Source of the DNA: Candidatus Omnitrophota bacterium
GTDB lineage: Bacteria > Omnitrophota > Gorgyraeia > Duberdicusellales > 4484-171
NCBI GenBank assembly: GCA_024231025.1
Contig: JAAEQW010000256.1
Location: forward strand, 2,954 to 66,953
Length of the DNA stretch: 64,000 bases
Direction of reading: 5' to 3'
The translations under genes and the position numbers were made by a program. The notes below the pieces were generated by a model. It had not been told where the DNA came from. It made no database searches and saw only the letters and a list, made by a program, of their open reading frames with translations. Below, one piece after another: positions 9,189 to 19,400 of this stretch. Each line of letters opens with the position of its first letter. The first letter of the stretch is position 1.

Positions 9189-12050
9189 ATGATAAAAAAA
9201 ATAATTTTTAACAACTCTCAGAAAAAGATTAATTCTTTAAAGCCGGAAGTTAATATCGTGTTGAATAAAGAAATTCCTACACCATCTTTAAAGGAAATCA
9301 CTATTCTTTCGAAAATTGTTAGCAAAGTTAATTCATTTGAGGCGCAATTATTAGAAAAGCCCGATAGCTTTTTTAAAGAAAAAACCATCGAATACAAAAA
9401 AATTATCCAAGATAAAACATCAACTTTGTCTGATGAAGACTATAGGGCTGGCGTTGATAAAGTTCTCGATGAGATATTGCCATTTTACTTTGCGATGGTT
9501 CGCGAAGCTGGCCGGCGAACAATTAAAATGCGCCATTTTGATGTGCAAATTTTAGGTGGAATAGTACTGCATAAAAATAGAATTGCCGAAATGGTAACTG
9601 GCGAAGGTAAAACGCTGGTGGCTACACTTTCCGCATCGTTGAATGCTTTGACCGCAAAAGGAGTGCATGTAATAACTGTAAATGATTATTTGGCTGGTCG
9701 TGACCGAGACTGGATGTCTCCGATCTATGAATTTTTGGGATTGACTTGTGGAGTAATCAAACAGGACACCGATAAAGCCAATCGACGCGCAGCTTATCAT
9801 TGTGACATAACTTATGGAACTAATAATGAGTTTGGTTTTGACTATCTAAGAGACAACATGGTTAATCATCATCGTGAAATGGTACAGCGAAATTATTTTT
9901 ATGCTATTGTCGATGAAGTTGATTCAATTTTAGTTGATGAGGCAAGAACGCCGCTAATAATTTCTGGTCCTGCGGAAGTTTCGATCGACAAATATTACCA
10001 TGCTGATAAAGCTGTCAGGCAACTGAAAACAAAATTTGTTATACAGAGTTTTGATGGAAAAGATGGGATGGTTACAATTAAAAACAAAGATGGTAGCGAG
10101 GTGCGCTTGCAACCTGAAGAGCTAGAAGAAAATTATGATGCGATCGTCGAAGAAAAAACCCGTAACGCTTATCTCACTCCTCGTGGCGAACGTAAGTGCG
10201 AGAGCGCTCTTGGAATTAAGAGCATCGCCGAAGATACTCCGGATAAATTTTCCAATACCTGGATTCATTATGTAACTCAGGCTTTAAAAGCGCATAATTT
10301 TTTTAAGTGCGATTGTGAATATATTGCTAAAGACGGCCGAGTCGTAATAGTTGATGAGTTTACTGGGCGGCTTATGCCGGGCAGGCGGTGGTCTGATGGA
10401 CTTCATCAGGCGGTAGAGGCCAAGGAGGGGTTAAAGATACAGCAAGAAAGCCAAACACTTGCCACTGTTACCTTGCAAAATTATTTTAGAATGTATCAAA
10501 AGTTAGCGGGTATGACCGGAACAGCTTATACCGAGGCTAATGAATTTCGCCATATTTATAATTTAGACGTTTCAGTTACTCCTACCAATCGCCCTTTAGC
10601 AAGAGAAAATTTTGCCGACCGGATATATAAAACTAAACGGGGAAAATTTGATGCTGTGATTGCGGAGATAGAGCATTCATATGAGAAAAAACAACCGGTT
10701 TTGGTTGGTACTACGTCGATAGAAGATTCAGAAACTCTATCTTTTTTGCTTTCAAAAAAAGGAGTTCCGCACAGCGTGCTAAATGCAAAGCACCATCAGC
10801 GAGAAGCGCAGATCGTTGCTCAGGCTGGACGTCTGGGGCAAATTACGATTGCAACTAATATGGCAGGTCGTGGAACCGATATTGTCTTAGGCGGTAATGT
10901 TGAAGCGTTTGTTAAAGATCTTTTGGGAAAAGGTGATCTTTCTGAAGACGACCAGGATTACAAAGAAGAATACAGTAAACTTATCAAAGAATATGCGGAT
11001 AAGTTTTCTAAAGAGCAAAAGAAAGTTATTGAAGTCGGCGGGCTGCATGTTATTGGTACTCAGCGTCACGAAGCAAGACGTATCGATAATCAGCTAAGAG
11101 GGCGTTCGGGTCGTCAAGGTGATCCCGGATCGTCACGTTTTTATGTTTCGCTAGAAGACGATTTGATGCGTTTATTTGGATCAGATAGAATTTATATTTT
11201 GATGGATCGTTTTGGTTTTCCAGAAGACGAACCGATAGAGCACGCGTTGATAAATAAGTCACTTGAAATTGCTCAAAAAAGAGTTGAGCGGCATAATTTT
11301 GAAATTAGAAAGCATCTTCTTGAATATGATAATGTGATGAATAAACAACGAGAAGTTATTTACTATCAGCGTAAACAGGTTTTGAGCAAGGAAAATATAC
11401 GAGAAGAAATTTTAGATATGGTTGATGAGGTTATCGACAAAGATGTTCCAATATATTTCCAGGAAGAAAAAAATCTTCTTGGTCTTAAGAATTGGTTAAA
11501 ACAAAAGTTTGATGCCGATATCGCGACCAATGAATTTAATGATTCAGAAATCGAAGAGGTAGTATCTTCATTAAAGACGACGGTATCGCGTATTTTAGAA
11601 GATAGAAGCCGCGAGGCTGGCCAAGAAGAATTTTTCCATATGGAAAAAGCAGTTGCCCTTTGGACTATTGATTCTCGCTGGAAGGAGCATCTGTTGATCA
11701 TGGATTCTTTGAAAGAGGGAATTTATTTGCGCGGTTATGCTAATACCGAACCGTTAATCGAGTATCAGAAGGAGTCATACGGTGCCTTTGAGGAAATGAT
11801 AGATTCGATCAAAGAAGGCATAGTGGATATGGTTTTTAAGGCAAAGATTACCCGCAAGGAAACAAGTGTTTTTGATGAAGGTGCGAAAAACTTTGTTCAC
11901 TCGCAATATTCTCCGCTGAAGAAAAAAGGTGCTGTCGCGCAAGAGAACTCAAAAGAGATTTCAGCAAAAAAAGTTGAACAAAAAGTAGGTAGAAATGAAC
12001 CTTGCCCATGTGGCAGTGGAAAAAAATATAAAAAGTGCTGTGGAAAGTAA
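9189..12050 (+). CDS. secA: Preprotein translocase ATPase SecA
   Basis: TGEGKT, DEVDSILVDEARTPLIISG, TNMAGRGTDI and C-terminal GRNEPCPCGSGKKYKKCC. Confidence 0.98.
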   Translation: MIKKIIFNNSQKKINSLKPEVNIVLNKEIPTPSLKEITILSKIVSKVNSFEAQLLEKPDSFFKEKTIEYKKIIQDKTSTLSDEDYRAGVDKVLDEILPFYFAMVREAGRRTIKMRHFDVQILGGIVLHKNRIAEMVTGEGKTLVATLSASLNALTAKGVHVITVNDYLAGRDRDWMSPIYEFLGLTCGVIKQDTDKANRRAAYHCDITYGTNNEFGFDYLRDNMVNHHREMVQRNYFYAIVDEVDSILVDEARTPLIISGPAEVSIDKYYHADKAVRQLKTKFVIQSFDGKDGMVTIKNKDGSEVRLQPEELEENYDAIVEEKTRNAYLTPRGERKCESALGIKSIAEDTPDKFSNTWIHYVTQALKAHNFFKCDCEYIAKDGRVVIVDEFTGRLMPGRRWSDGLHQAVEAKEGLKIQQESQTLATVTLQNYFRMYQKLAGMTGTAYTEANEFRHIYNLDVSVTPTNRPLARENFADRIYKTKRGKFDAVIAEIEHSYEKKQPVLVGTTSIEDSETLSFLLSKKGVPHSVLNAKHHQREAQIVAQAGRLGQITIATNMAGRGTDIVLGGNVEAFVKDLLGKGDLSEDDQDYKEEYSKLIKEYADKFSKEQKKVIEVGGLHVIGTQRHEARRIDNQLRGRSGRQGDPGSSRFYVSLEDDLMRLFGSDRIYILMDRFGFPEDEPIEHALINKSLEIAQKRVERHNFEIRKHLLEYDNVMNKQREVIYYQRKQVLSKENIREEILDMVDEVIDKDVPIYFQEEKNLLGLKNWLKQKFDADIATNEFNDSEIEEVVSSLKTTVSRILEDRSREAGQEEFFHMEKAVALWTIDSRWKEHLLIMDSLKEGIYLRGYANTEPLIEYQKESYGAFEEMIDSIKEGIVDMVFKAKITRKETSVFDEGAKNFVHSQYSPLKKKGAVAQENSKEISAKKVEQKVGRNEPCPCGSGKKYKKCCGK

Positions 12051-13470
12051 AAGAGGCATCGCCCTTGTTAGTATTAGCGCTTTACTCACCGGATTAAGTT
12101 TTAACCATCCCCAATTATTTTTTCTTACTTGGTTTTCTTTGTGTCCTTTTCTGTATGTTTTAAGCAGATCCACAAAAAAAGCAAGCATTCTGAATGCGTT
12201 TATTTTTGGAGCCATTTATTATTTTACAATTATTTTTTGGGTGGCTAATGTTACTATTCTCGGTCTTATATTTTTGTTAGGTTATCTTTGCTTGTATCCG
12301 GTAATGTTTTCATTTCTAGCGAGATATTTTTTTAAAAAAAGATTCGCGATAGTGACAATTGCATCAGTTTGGGTGCTTTTAGAACTTTTAAAAGAGAACA
12401 TTTGGTGCGGATTTAGCTGGGGCAATATTGGTTATTCGCAATATCTTAATCGTTATATCATTCAAATTGCGGATATTTTTGGTGTAAAGTCTATATCATT
12501 TCTGGTAGTCATGGTGAATGTTTTGTTTTTCGAAATTATTTCAAAAAACAAAAATATTATTAAAAAGTTGTTTTTTGTTGCGAGCGTGCTATTTTTCTGT
12601 ACGGCTTATTCACACTATAAGTTAAATACCTTCATTACCTCAGGGGAAGTGACGTTGTCTTTAGTGCAGCCCAACGTTGGCGAAAGCGAAAAGTATAATT
12701 TATCTTCTGGGTCAAATATAGTAGCTAGGTTGAAAAAACTAAGCCGCCAAACCGAGGAGGGCTCGTTAGTTATATTTCCTGAGGCAGCTTGGCCGTTTGT
12801 AATTAAAGATGATGATCGTCAAATTTTACCAGAGTTTGTTGCTGAAATAAAGCGACGCTCCTTAATTGGACTTATCCAACATGATGGAAAATTTCATAAC
12901 CGAGCTTCGTTATTTAACAGTAGTGGAAAATTAGTTGCTTTTTATGATAAACTAAAATTAGTTCCTTTTGGTGAATATGTTCCGTTAAGGAAATATCTAT
13001 CCTTCATTCCGGTTATAAATTCTATAGGAGACATGCATCGCGGTAGGGAGATAGTAGTTTTTCCTTACGGTGATCAAAAATTTAGTGTTTTGATTTGCTT
13101 TGAAGATATTTTCTCTGACTTGGTTCGTGACTTTTCAAGTGAGAGTGACTTTCTTATAAATATTACTAATGATGCTTGGTTTATGGGGGAGCCTCAAGCG
13201 AGTCAACATTTGGCGATAATGGTTTTTAGAGCAATTGAAAATCGCATCTCCATTGCTCGATGTGCGAATACCGGCATTAGCGGATGGGTTTCTTTTAAAG
13301 GAGATATCAACAAGTTAAAAAAACAAAATAGCGAAGTTTTCTTTGAAGGTGTAATGAATTTTAAATTACCGTTGAATGATCAGCGCAGTTTTTTTAATGC
13401 TTACGGGGGAATGGTTTCATTTCTTTATGTATTTTTATTAGGATTGGGTTTCATTCATCATGAAGAATAA
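12040..13470 (+). CDS. lnt: Apolipoprotein N-acyltransferase
   Basis: VQPN, FPEAA, KLVPFGEYVP, ICFED, TNDAWF and ANTGIS motifs; start approximate. Confidence 0.93.
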   Translation: MESKRGIALVSISALLTGLSFNHPQLFFLTWFSLCPFLYVLSRSTKKASILNAFIFGAIYYFTIIFWVANVTILGLIFLLGYLCLYPVMFSFLARYFFKKRFAIVTIASVWVLLELLKENIWCGFSWGNIGYSQYLNRYIIQIADIFGVKSISFLVVMVNVLFFEIISKNKNIIKKLFFVASVLFFCTAYSHYKLNTFITSGEVTLSLVQPNVGESEKYNLSSGSNIVARLKKLSRQTEEGSLVIFPEAAWPFVIKDDDRQILPEFVAEIKRRSLIGLIQHDGKFHNRASLFNSSGKLVAFYDKLKLVPFGEYVPLRKYLSFIPVINSIGDMHRGREIVVFPYGDQKFSVLICFEDIFSDLVRDFSSESDFLINITNDAWFMGEPQASQHLAIMVFRAIENRISIARCANTGISGWVSFKGDINKLKKQNSEVFFEGVMNFKLPLNDQRSFFNAYGGMVSFLYVFLLGLGFIHHEE

Positions 13471-14329
13471 ACGTTTTAGCGCGTTAAGAATTAGCTGGAT
13501 AAGTATTGCGATCAATTTGATTTTGGCTGTTGCTAAGATAACTGTAGGCGTACTCTCTAATAGCATTGCTATAATTAGCGACGCGATACATAGTTTAAGC
13601 GATTTAGCAACCACTGTTGTTGTAATTTTAAGTTTGCGTGTAAGCAAAAAACCTGCCGACAGAAAACATCCTTTCGGACATGGCCGCGCGCAAGATGTTG
13701 GGGGGTTAATACTTTCAATTGGTCTTGTTTTGGTTGGTGTCGGTTTTTTCAAAACAGCAGCATCGCGTTTAATATCTCCTGAGCCGGTTAACGTTAACTT
13801 TGTTTTTGTGGGAGTTATTTTGATATCGGCAGCGATTAAATTGATATTAGGTGCAATTACGCACCGAATATCTGTCTTAGAGCGTTCGGCGATTCTAAAA
13901 GCCGATGCGTATCATCACTATAGCGATTTTGTTACTAGCTTTGTGGTGGCAATTGGTTTTATTTTTGCCAGGACGAATGTTAATTTAGACTCTTGGTTAG
14001 GAATTTTTATTGCTTTGATAATTATTTTTTGGGCAATAAGATCAGGCAAAGAGTTCTCTGATAATCTTATTGGCAAAAGAGCCTCGCCGCAGGTTTATCA
14101 AAAGGTGAGGGCGATTGCGCATTCGTTTGAAACTGTTTTAGGTGTGCACGATATCCAAGCGCACAGCTACGGCCAACATAGAATAATTTCTCTTCATGTG
14201 GAAGTTGATCCCAATCTTTCTTTAGAAGAAGCGCATGGCGTTGCCGATAGTATCGAAAAAAAGATACGCTATCAACGTTTGGGCAAGTGCATTGTTCATG
14301 TGGATATAAAGCGCAGTATTCAGTCGTAA
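13460..14329 (+). CDS. Cation diffusion facilitator (FieF-like)
   Basis: DAIHSLSD, PADRKHPFGHGR and DAYHHYSD motifs, C-terminal dimerisation domain. Confidence 0.92.
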   Translation: MKNKRFSALRISWISIAINLILAVAKITVGVLSNSIAIISDAIHSLSDLATTVVVILSLRVSKKPADRKHPFGHGRAQDVGGLILSIGLVLVGVGFFKTAASRLISPEPVNVNFVFVGVILISAAIKLILGAITHRISVLERSAILKADAYHHYSDFVTSFVVAIGFIFARTNVNLDSWLGIFIALIIIFWAIRSGKEFSDNLIGKRASPQVYQKVRAIAHSFETVLGVHDIQAHSYGQHRIISLHVEVDPNLSLEEAHGVADSIEKKIRYQRLGKCIVHVDIKRSIQS

Positions 14330-14347
14330 GTTATAAGTTATAAGTTG
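14327..14347. repeat. Heptamer microrepeat (taagtta)x3
   Basis: taagtta taagtta taagttg in the intergenic gap. Confidence 0.6.
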
Positions 14348-14358
14348 TGGGAGGTGAA

Positions 14359-14850
14359 ATGATGAAAATTGATTTAGAAATTGTAAAGATAAAAAATCCG
14401 CAAGAATTAAATGTTATTATCGGGCAGTCTCATTTCATAAAAACAGCCGAAGATATTTATGAGGCATTAGTTACGGCTGTGCCTACGATCAAATTTGCGT
14501 TGGCTTTTTCTGAGGCATCAGGGAAATGTCTTTTGCGTCTTGAATCAAATGACGAAGATTTGCGTGTGCTTGCTTGCGAAAATGCCTTAAGTATTGGTTG
14601 TGGGCATAGTTTCATTATTTTTTTAAAGAATGCTTTTCCGATAAATGTTTTAAATCAAATTAAGAAAATTCCTGAGGTCTGCCATATATTTTGCGCAACA
14701 GCTAATCCTTTGGAAATTATCGTTGCTCAAACTGAACAGGGTAGGGGAATTTTAGGTGTGATCGATGGGTTGTCTCCCAAAGGAGTTGAAACTGAGCTCG
14801 ATGTAAAAAGCAGAAAAGAACTCCTAAGAAAATTCGGATACAAATTATAA
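14359..14850 (+). CDS. Adenosine-specific kinase-like protein (DUF355)
   Basis: [21 protein letters not shown] and [10 protein letters not shown] motifs. Confidence 0.88.
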   Translation: MMKIDLEIVKIKNPQELNVIIGQSHFIKTAEDIYEALVTAVPTIKFALAFSEASGKCLLRLESNDEDLRVLACENALSIGCGHSFIIFLKNAFPINVLNQIKKIPEVCHIFCATANPLEIIVAQTEQGRGILGVIDGLSPKGVETELDVKSRKELLRKFGYKL

Positions 14851-14906
14851 GTTGTGTTATAATTAATAATTATAGCACAATCAACCTCGAAAGATGTTTT
14901 GGCAAA

Positions 14907-15845
14907 GTGAGTAAAGAAAAGATAAAACACATCAGAAGAAGAGTCGCCTTTATTGTTTTAAAGGCGTTTACCGTTTTCCATGGAATTTTTCCTCCTGGAT
15001 GGAGCTATATTCTGGGTACTGTTTTGGGCAATCTCGTTAATCTTGTTTTAGTTCATCATCGTAAGGTTTCAATAGAAAGTTTATCAGTAGCTTTTCCGAA
15101 GATGGCGCTTAAAGAAAAAAGAAAAATTACGCGTGATTTTTTTGTTTTTATGGCTCAAGGCGGATTAGAGCTGTTGTATTTTTTAAAAAATCCACGACTT
15201 CTTAATAATGTGCGCATCGAAGGCAGAGAACATCTTCAAGCGGCGTTGAAGCAGCAGCGCGGAGTAATTTTTTTAACTGCACATTTAGGAAATTTTCCTT
15301 TAATGAGTTTGAAACTGGCTAAAGAAGGCTTTGCTGTGAATGTTGTTGCTCGTCCGATGCGCGATGAAAAAGCAGGAGATTATTTACATAATTTACGCAC
15401 CAACTCTGGGGTTAAAACGATTTTTTCTTATCCTCGTCGTGACTGTGTAAACGGAATAATAAAAGCCCTTCGGAACAATGAATGCGTATTAATACAAATG
15501 GATCAGAATTTTGGAACCGGCGGGGTTTGGGTGAAATTTTTTGATAAATTAGCGGCTACTCCAGTTGGGCCGATTATTTTTGCACTAAGAACCAAAGCGG
15601 TTATTTTGCCATCGTATATCTATCGTGAAGGAAAAGGAAAACATTGCATGAAAATATTTCCTGGCGAAACGCTTACCATTAAAGAAACGAAAGAAGAAAC
15701 TATTTTGGTTAACGCAATTAAGTTTACTAAAATAATTGAGCAGTGGGTTAGAAAGCATCCTTGGCAGTGGGGCTGGATACATCGTCGTTGGAAGTCGCGA
15801 CCGTCTGCTAAGGCCTTGAAGTCGGAATTCATGATTGAGAAATAA
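14907..15845 (+). CDS. Lipid A lauroyl-type acyltransferase (LpxL/HtrB family)
   Basis: TAHLGNF, MDQN, VKFF and QWGWIHRRWK motifs. Confidence 0.9.
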   Translation: MSKEKIKHIRRRVAFIVLKAFTVFHGIFPPGWSYILGTVLGNLVNLVLVHHRKVSIESLSVAFPKMALKEKRKITRDFFVFMAQGGLELLYFLKNPRLLNNVRIEGREHLQAALKQQRGVIFLTAHLGNFPLMSLKLAKEGFAVNVVARPMRDEKAGDYLHNLRTNSGVKTIFSYPRRDCVNGIIKALRNNECVLIQMDQNFGTGGVWVKFFDKLAATPVGPIIFALRTKAVILPSYIYREGKGKHCMKIFPGETLTIKETKEETILVNAIKFTKIIEQWVRKHPWQWGWIHRRWKSRPSAKALKSEFMIEK

Positions 15846-15904
15846 TGGTTGTAAATGGTTTTGTAATTTGATAAAATCAATTTGGCAAAGGACTTACATT
15901 TGGC

Positions 15905-16858
15905 ATGAAACATAAATACTCTATAGGAATTGGTTTAAATCTTTTTGATGCTCGCGCGATCCTTTTACGAGAAGATGGTAAAATTATTGCCGAGATTGAA
16001 AAGAAAAGAGAAACGATTACCGCTAACGAAACCATTGAGGTTCTGCTTAGTTTGCTTGAGGAAATTGTTGATAAGTCCAGTAAGCATAAGGAAGAAATAA
16101 GTAAAATTGGTTTGGCTTTAGGTGGGATCGTTAACAAGAAAAAGGGCGTTGTGTATTGGCCCCAAACCCAAGCAACTTCTTATGCGCAAATAGCGCTGCC
16201 TTTAAAAGATCATTTAGAGAAAAAGTTTGGTTTTGGTGTTGTTATTGAAAATGATGCCAACGCTTGCGCTTGGGCAGAATATTGCCTGAGCTTTCCTAAG
16301 AATAAAAACCTAGTTTATATGTTTTCTGGCAGCGGATGCGGTATTGTTGTTGACGGCAAGCTTTATCGGGGCAAATATGGTGGAGCCGGTGAGCCATTTT
16401 TGGATCCTAAGGGAAAGCTAATGAGCTCTCGATTGGGAGAATTTTCTTTTCTTAGGCGCTGGCCGGCAGATTTAGAAATGGTAACTAGGGCAAAAGAGCT
16501 GATATCTTTAGGTAAAGAAAGTTCGCTGATAAAAAAAATAACGTCGACCGGAGGTTTGGACCTCAGAAGTATTTTTAAAGAATCCAAGAAAAAAGATAAG
16601 GTTTCGCGAGAAATATTAAGAGAAGGCGCTTTTGCTTTAGGGGTGAAAATAGCATTTTTAATAAATTTGCTAAATCCTGAAGTAGTGGTTGTCGGTGGAG
16701 GCTTAGAAGAAGCAGGCGATTTTTTTCTGGATGAATGCATTAGCGCGATAAAAAGTTTTTCTCTAAACGAAAGCAGGAAAGGTTGCAAAATAGTAGCTTC
16801 AGGGCTGAGCAAGAAAGCTACTTCCTTAGGCGCTGCTTTCATAGCTTTGCACCAATAA
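15905..16858 (+). CDS. ROK family protein, divergent
   Basis: IENDANACAWAE, GCGIVVDGKLYRG and LLNPEVVVVGGG motifs. Confidence 0.85.
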   Translation: MKHKYSIGIGLNLFDARAILLREDGKIIAEIEKKRETITANETIEVLLSLLEEIVDKSSKHKEEISKIGLALGGIVNKKKGVVYWPQTQATSYAQIALPLKDHLEKKFGFGVVIENDANACAWAEYCLSFPKNKNLVYMFSGSGCGIVVDGKLYRGKYGGAGEPFLDPKGKLMSSRLGEFSFLRRWPADLEMVTRAKELISLGKESSLIKKITSTGGLDLRSIFKESKKKDKVSREILREGAFALGVKIAFLINLLNPEVVVVGGGLEEAGDFFLDECISAIKSFSLNESRKGCKIVASGLSKKATSLGAAFIALHQ

Positions 16859-17001
16859 AAGAAAAGTGGTTAGTCGTATGCCGCTTTTAAAATGGATTGG
16901 TGAAGGCAGACAGTAATTATATTTCACAAGATGGCTTTACAGCCGTTTTTTATATGTTATAATTAGGTAAATCTATACATAAAGTGAAAAAGGAGGTTTT
17001 T

Positions 17002-18171
17002 ATGGGCAGAAAGATAATCATTGTTCTTTTATTATTAATAACGATTGGTGTGGGATATTTTGCGTACACCTTTTATACTCAAAAAGAAACGTTAACCCAG
17101 GATATTGCGGCACTTAAAAATGCACAAACAAAATTAAATCAAGAGAATAGCACCCTAAAAAATCAACTGAGCGCTTTGGAACGAGAAAAAAGAAGTTTGG
17201 AAGATCGGTGGGCAAAAGTGCAATCTAGGCTTGCTGAAATGGAAAAAGAAGGGGCTACGCTTAGACGCAAATACAAAGATGTTGTTAAAGACAAGGATGC
17301 TTTGGTTGAAAAGCTTAACGCAAAGCCTAAAGTGCAAGTTACAGAGAGAGTTGCGTCTGCATCATCACAATCACAGGCACCAGCTGGTTCCGATGACTAT
17401 TGGGCAGATTTTGTTAGGGCAAAGGCTGAATTGTCAATTAAGCTTGACGATATGAACAAGAAACTCACCACAGCAAAAATAACCTTGTCCGAAAGAGAAA
17501 AAAAGAACAAAGAATTAAGCCTTGAGATTGATGAGCTAGAAGCATTGAAGAAGCAGGTTGAGGATCAAGTGCAATTTAAAACAAGAGCCTTGGAAATTGT
17601 TAGCAAAGAGTTGGTCAACGAAAGAGAAGCTCGCAAGAATCTTACCGACGAAACGATGAAGATGCGAAAAAGTGGTGTAAAACTTAAGAGAGAATTGGTT
17701 CTTGCCAATAAAGAAAAAGTACAGCTTCAAAAAAGTGTTGAAGGTATGACTAGCGAGAAGGATAAATTAGAAAAGAGAATCTCTGAAATAGAGAGGATCC
17801 TCAAACAGAAAGCCTTAGCGCTACAGGATTTGCAGGATAATCTTTATCAGGCACTTAATCCAAATACTGTTATAAAGCAAGATTCCGCCTCTGTAGGGTT
17901 GCCACCGATTGTTGTTAAGCCCGATGTCGCTGGCGTGAAGGGGTTAAGGGGGGAAATCGTTGCCGTAAACCATGAAGAAAAATTTATTATCGTTGACATC
18001 GGTGAGACTAAGGGCATGAGGCCTGGTTTTCGCCTAAAGATTTTGCGCGGTGATAAGGAAATCGGTACAGCACAAGTTATTGAAACAAGAAGAGAGATTT
18101 CCGCCGCCGATATAAAGGAAGTAAGCGGTGGTTATACTATTCAAGAAGGCGATGCGATAATAAGTAAATAA
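17002..18171 (+). CDS. Membrane-anchored long coiled-coil protein with C-terminal beta domain
   Basis: N-terminal TM, ~260-aa heptad region, C-terminal GEIVAVN..FIIVDIG...GMRPG domain; AGGAGG RBS. Confidence 0.75.
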   Translation: MGRKIIIVLLLLITIGVGYFAYTFYTQKETLTQDIAALKNAQTKLNQENSTLKNQLSALEREKRSLEDRWAKVQSRLAEMEKEGATLRRKYKDVVKDKDALVEKLNAKPKVQVTERVASASSQSQAPAGSDDYWADFVRAKAELSIKLDDMNKKLTTAKITLSEREKKNKELSLEIDELEALKKQVEDQVQFKTRALEIVSKELVNEREARKNLTDETMKMRKSGVKLKRELVLANKEKVQLQKSVEGMTSEKDKLEKRISEIERILKQKALALQDLQDNLYQALNPNTVIKQDSASVGLPPIVVKPDVAGVKGLRGEIVAVNHEEKFIIVDIGETKGMRPGFRLKILRGDKEIGTAQVIETRREISAADIKEVSGGYTIQEGDAIISK

Positions 18172-18177
18172 GACTTT

Positions 18178-19176
18178 ATGGTTCCTTTCGAAAAAATTAC
18201 GATAAAAGAAGTTGCTAAAAAAGCAAGGGTTTCTATTGCCACAGTTTCTCGATATCTCAACAACCCCTCTTCCTTAAAAGAAGCAAATAGAAAAAGAGTC
18301 GCAAAAGCAGTTAAGGAATTAAATTACCAACCTTTAATTTTTGCTCGTCGATTAGCCGGAGGAAAACTTAATACTTTTGGATTGATTATTCAGGGTTATG
18401 AAGGCATTTTTTATTCCTTCTATGCTCTTGAAATTATTCGTGAGGTTGGTTTCTCTTTGGATTCCAAGGGAATAGATATGCATCTGCATATTTTTTGGAA
18501 CAAAGACAACTTTAAAACTTCTTTAGTTGATGGTGTTATCTTTGCGGATGTTATTGGCAATGAGGAGCAATTAAAAAGATTGGTTGAGGCGAGAGTTCCG
18601 GTAGTAGTCATCAATAAAAGAGTTGAAACTCCGGATGTCAGTTATGTTGCGGTGGATAATTTTAAAGGAGCTTATGATGCTGCTGAATTTTTGATTCGTC
18701 ATAATCATAAAAAAATTGCCCATCTCATAGGAGATCTAAGCACTCAATGCGCGTGCCAACGCCTGGAAGGGTTTAAAAGTGCCTTAGAGAAGAACTCTAT
18801 TCCGTTACCCAAAGATTACCTTAAAAAAACAAATTTTTCTCGCAAAGAAGCGCGCAGCAAGCTTGAAGAATTATTTTCCCTAGACCAACCGCCAACAGCA
18901 ATTTTTTGTTGCAGTGATGAGGTTGCAAGCGAGGTGCTTGTTTTTGCTGAAGAAAAGAAAATAAAAGTTCCAAAGCAATTGAGTGTTATAGGATTTGATA
19001 ATAATCCGCATTGTCTTTATGGAGGAACAATGCTAACAACCGTAAAGCAACCGTTAAGGAAAATGGCGTCTTTGGGCGTTAGTATTTTAAAGGAAATTAT
19101 AGAGAAAAAAACTCCTCCAGAAAAAGTTATTTTAGAGCCAGAGTTAATCGTTCGCGATACAGTTGATTTTATCTAA
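18178..19176 (+). CDS. LacI-family transcriptional regulator
   Basis: TIKEVAKKARVSIATVSRYLN HTH, SVIGFDN, LTTVKQP. Confidence 0.95.
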   Translation: MVPFEKITIKEVAKKARVSIATVSRYLNNPSSLKEANRKRVAKAVKELNYQPLIFARRLAGGKLNTFGLIIQGYEGIFYSFYALEIIREVGFSLDSKGIDMHLHIFWNKDNFKTSLVDGVIFADVIGNEEQLKRLVEARVPVVVINKRVETPDVSYVAVDNFKGAYDAAEFLIRHNHKKIAHLIGDLSTQCACQRLEGFKSALEKNSIPLPKDYLKKTNFSRKEARSKLEELFSLDQPPTAIFCCSDEVASEVLVFAEEKKIKVPKQLSVIGFDNNPHCLYGGTMLTTVKQPLRKMASLGVSILKEIIEKKTPPEKVILEPELIVRDTVDFI

Positions 19177-19268
19177 ATTAAATTGCCTTCATGTTCGTTT
19201 TTCGATAGAAAATTACTAAAATTGTTTCAGTTAATTGGAAATTACACAGGGAGATTTTTGATGTTCTA

Positions 19269-19315
19269 GAACAATATGTTGTAGTTGGCGGTGTTTGTCG
19301 CACAACATATTGTAT
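19269..19315. promoter_or_regulatory. Tandem NrdR boxes upstream of nrdJ
   Basis: gaaCaAtATgTtGtag (19269) and gcaCaAcATaTtGtat (19300), 31 bp apart, matching acaCwAtATaTwGtgt. Confidence 0.88.
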
Positions 19316-19321
19316 TTTTTC

Positions 19322-19350
19322 TTGACATCAAGGTTATAACGTGATATAAA
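19322..19350 (+). promoter_or_regulatory. Sigma70-type promoter of nrdJ
   Basis: TTGACA-17 bp-TATAAA with extended -10 TG. Confidence 0.75.
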
Positions 19351-19400
19351 AAATTATCCCGCTAAATGTTTTTTAAACACTCGAATGAAAGGAGTAGCCC

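Noticed and set aside
11995-12050. Long secA/lnt overlap
   Set aside because: ORF-caller extension; GTG at 12040 is the more plausible lnt start.
16363-16842. 159-aa antisense ORF and the other short shadow ORFs in the track
   Set aside because: They lie opposite or inside well-supported genes and carry no recognisable motifs.
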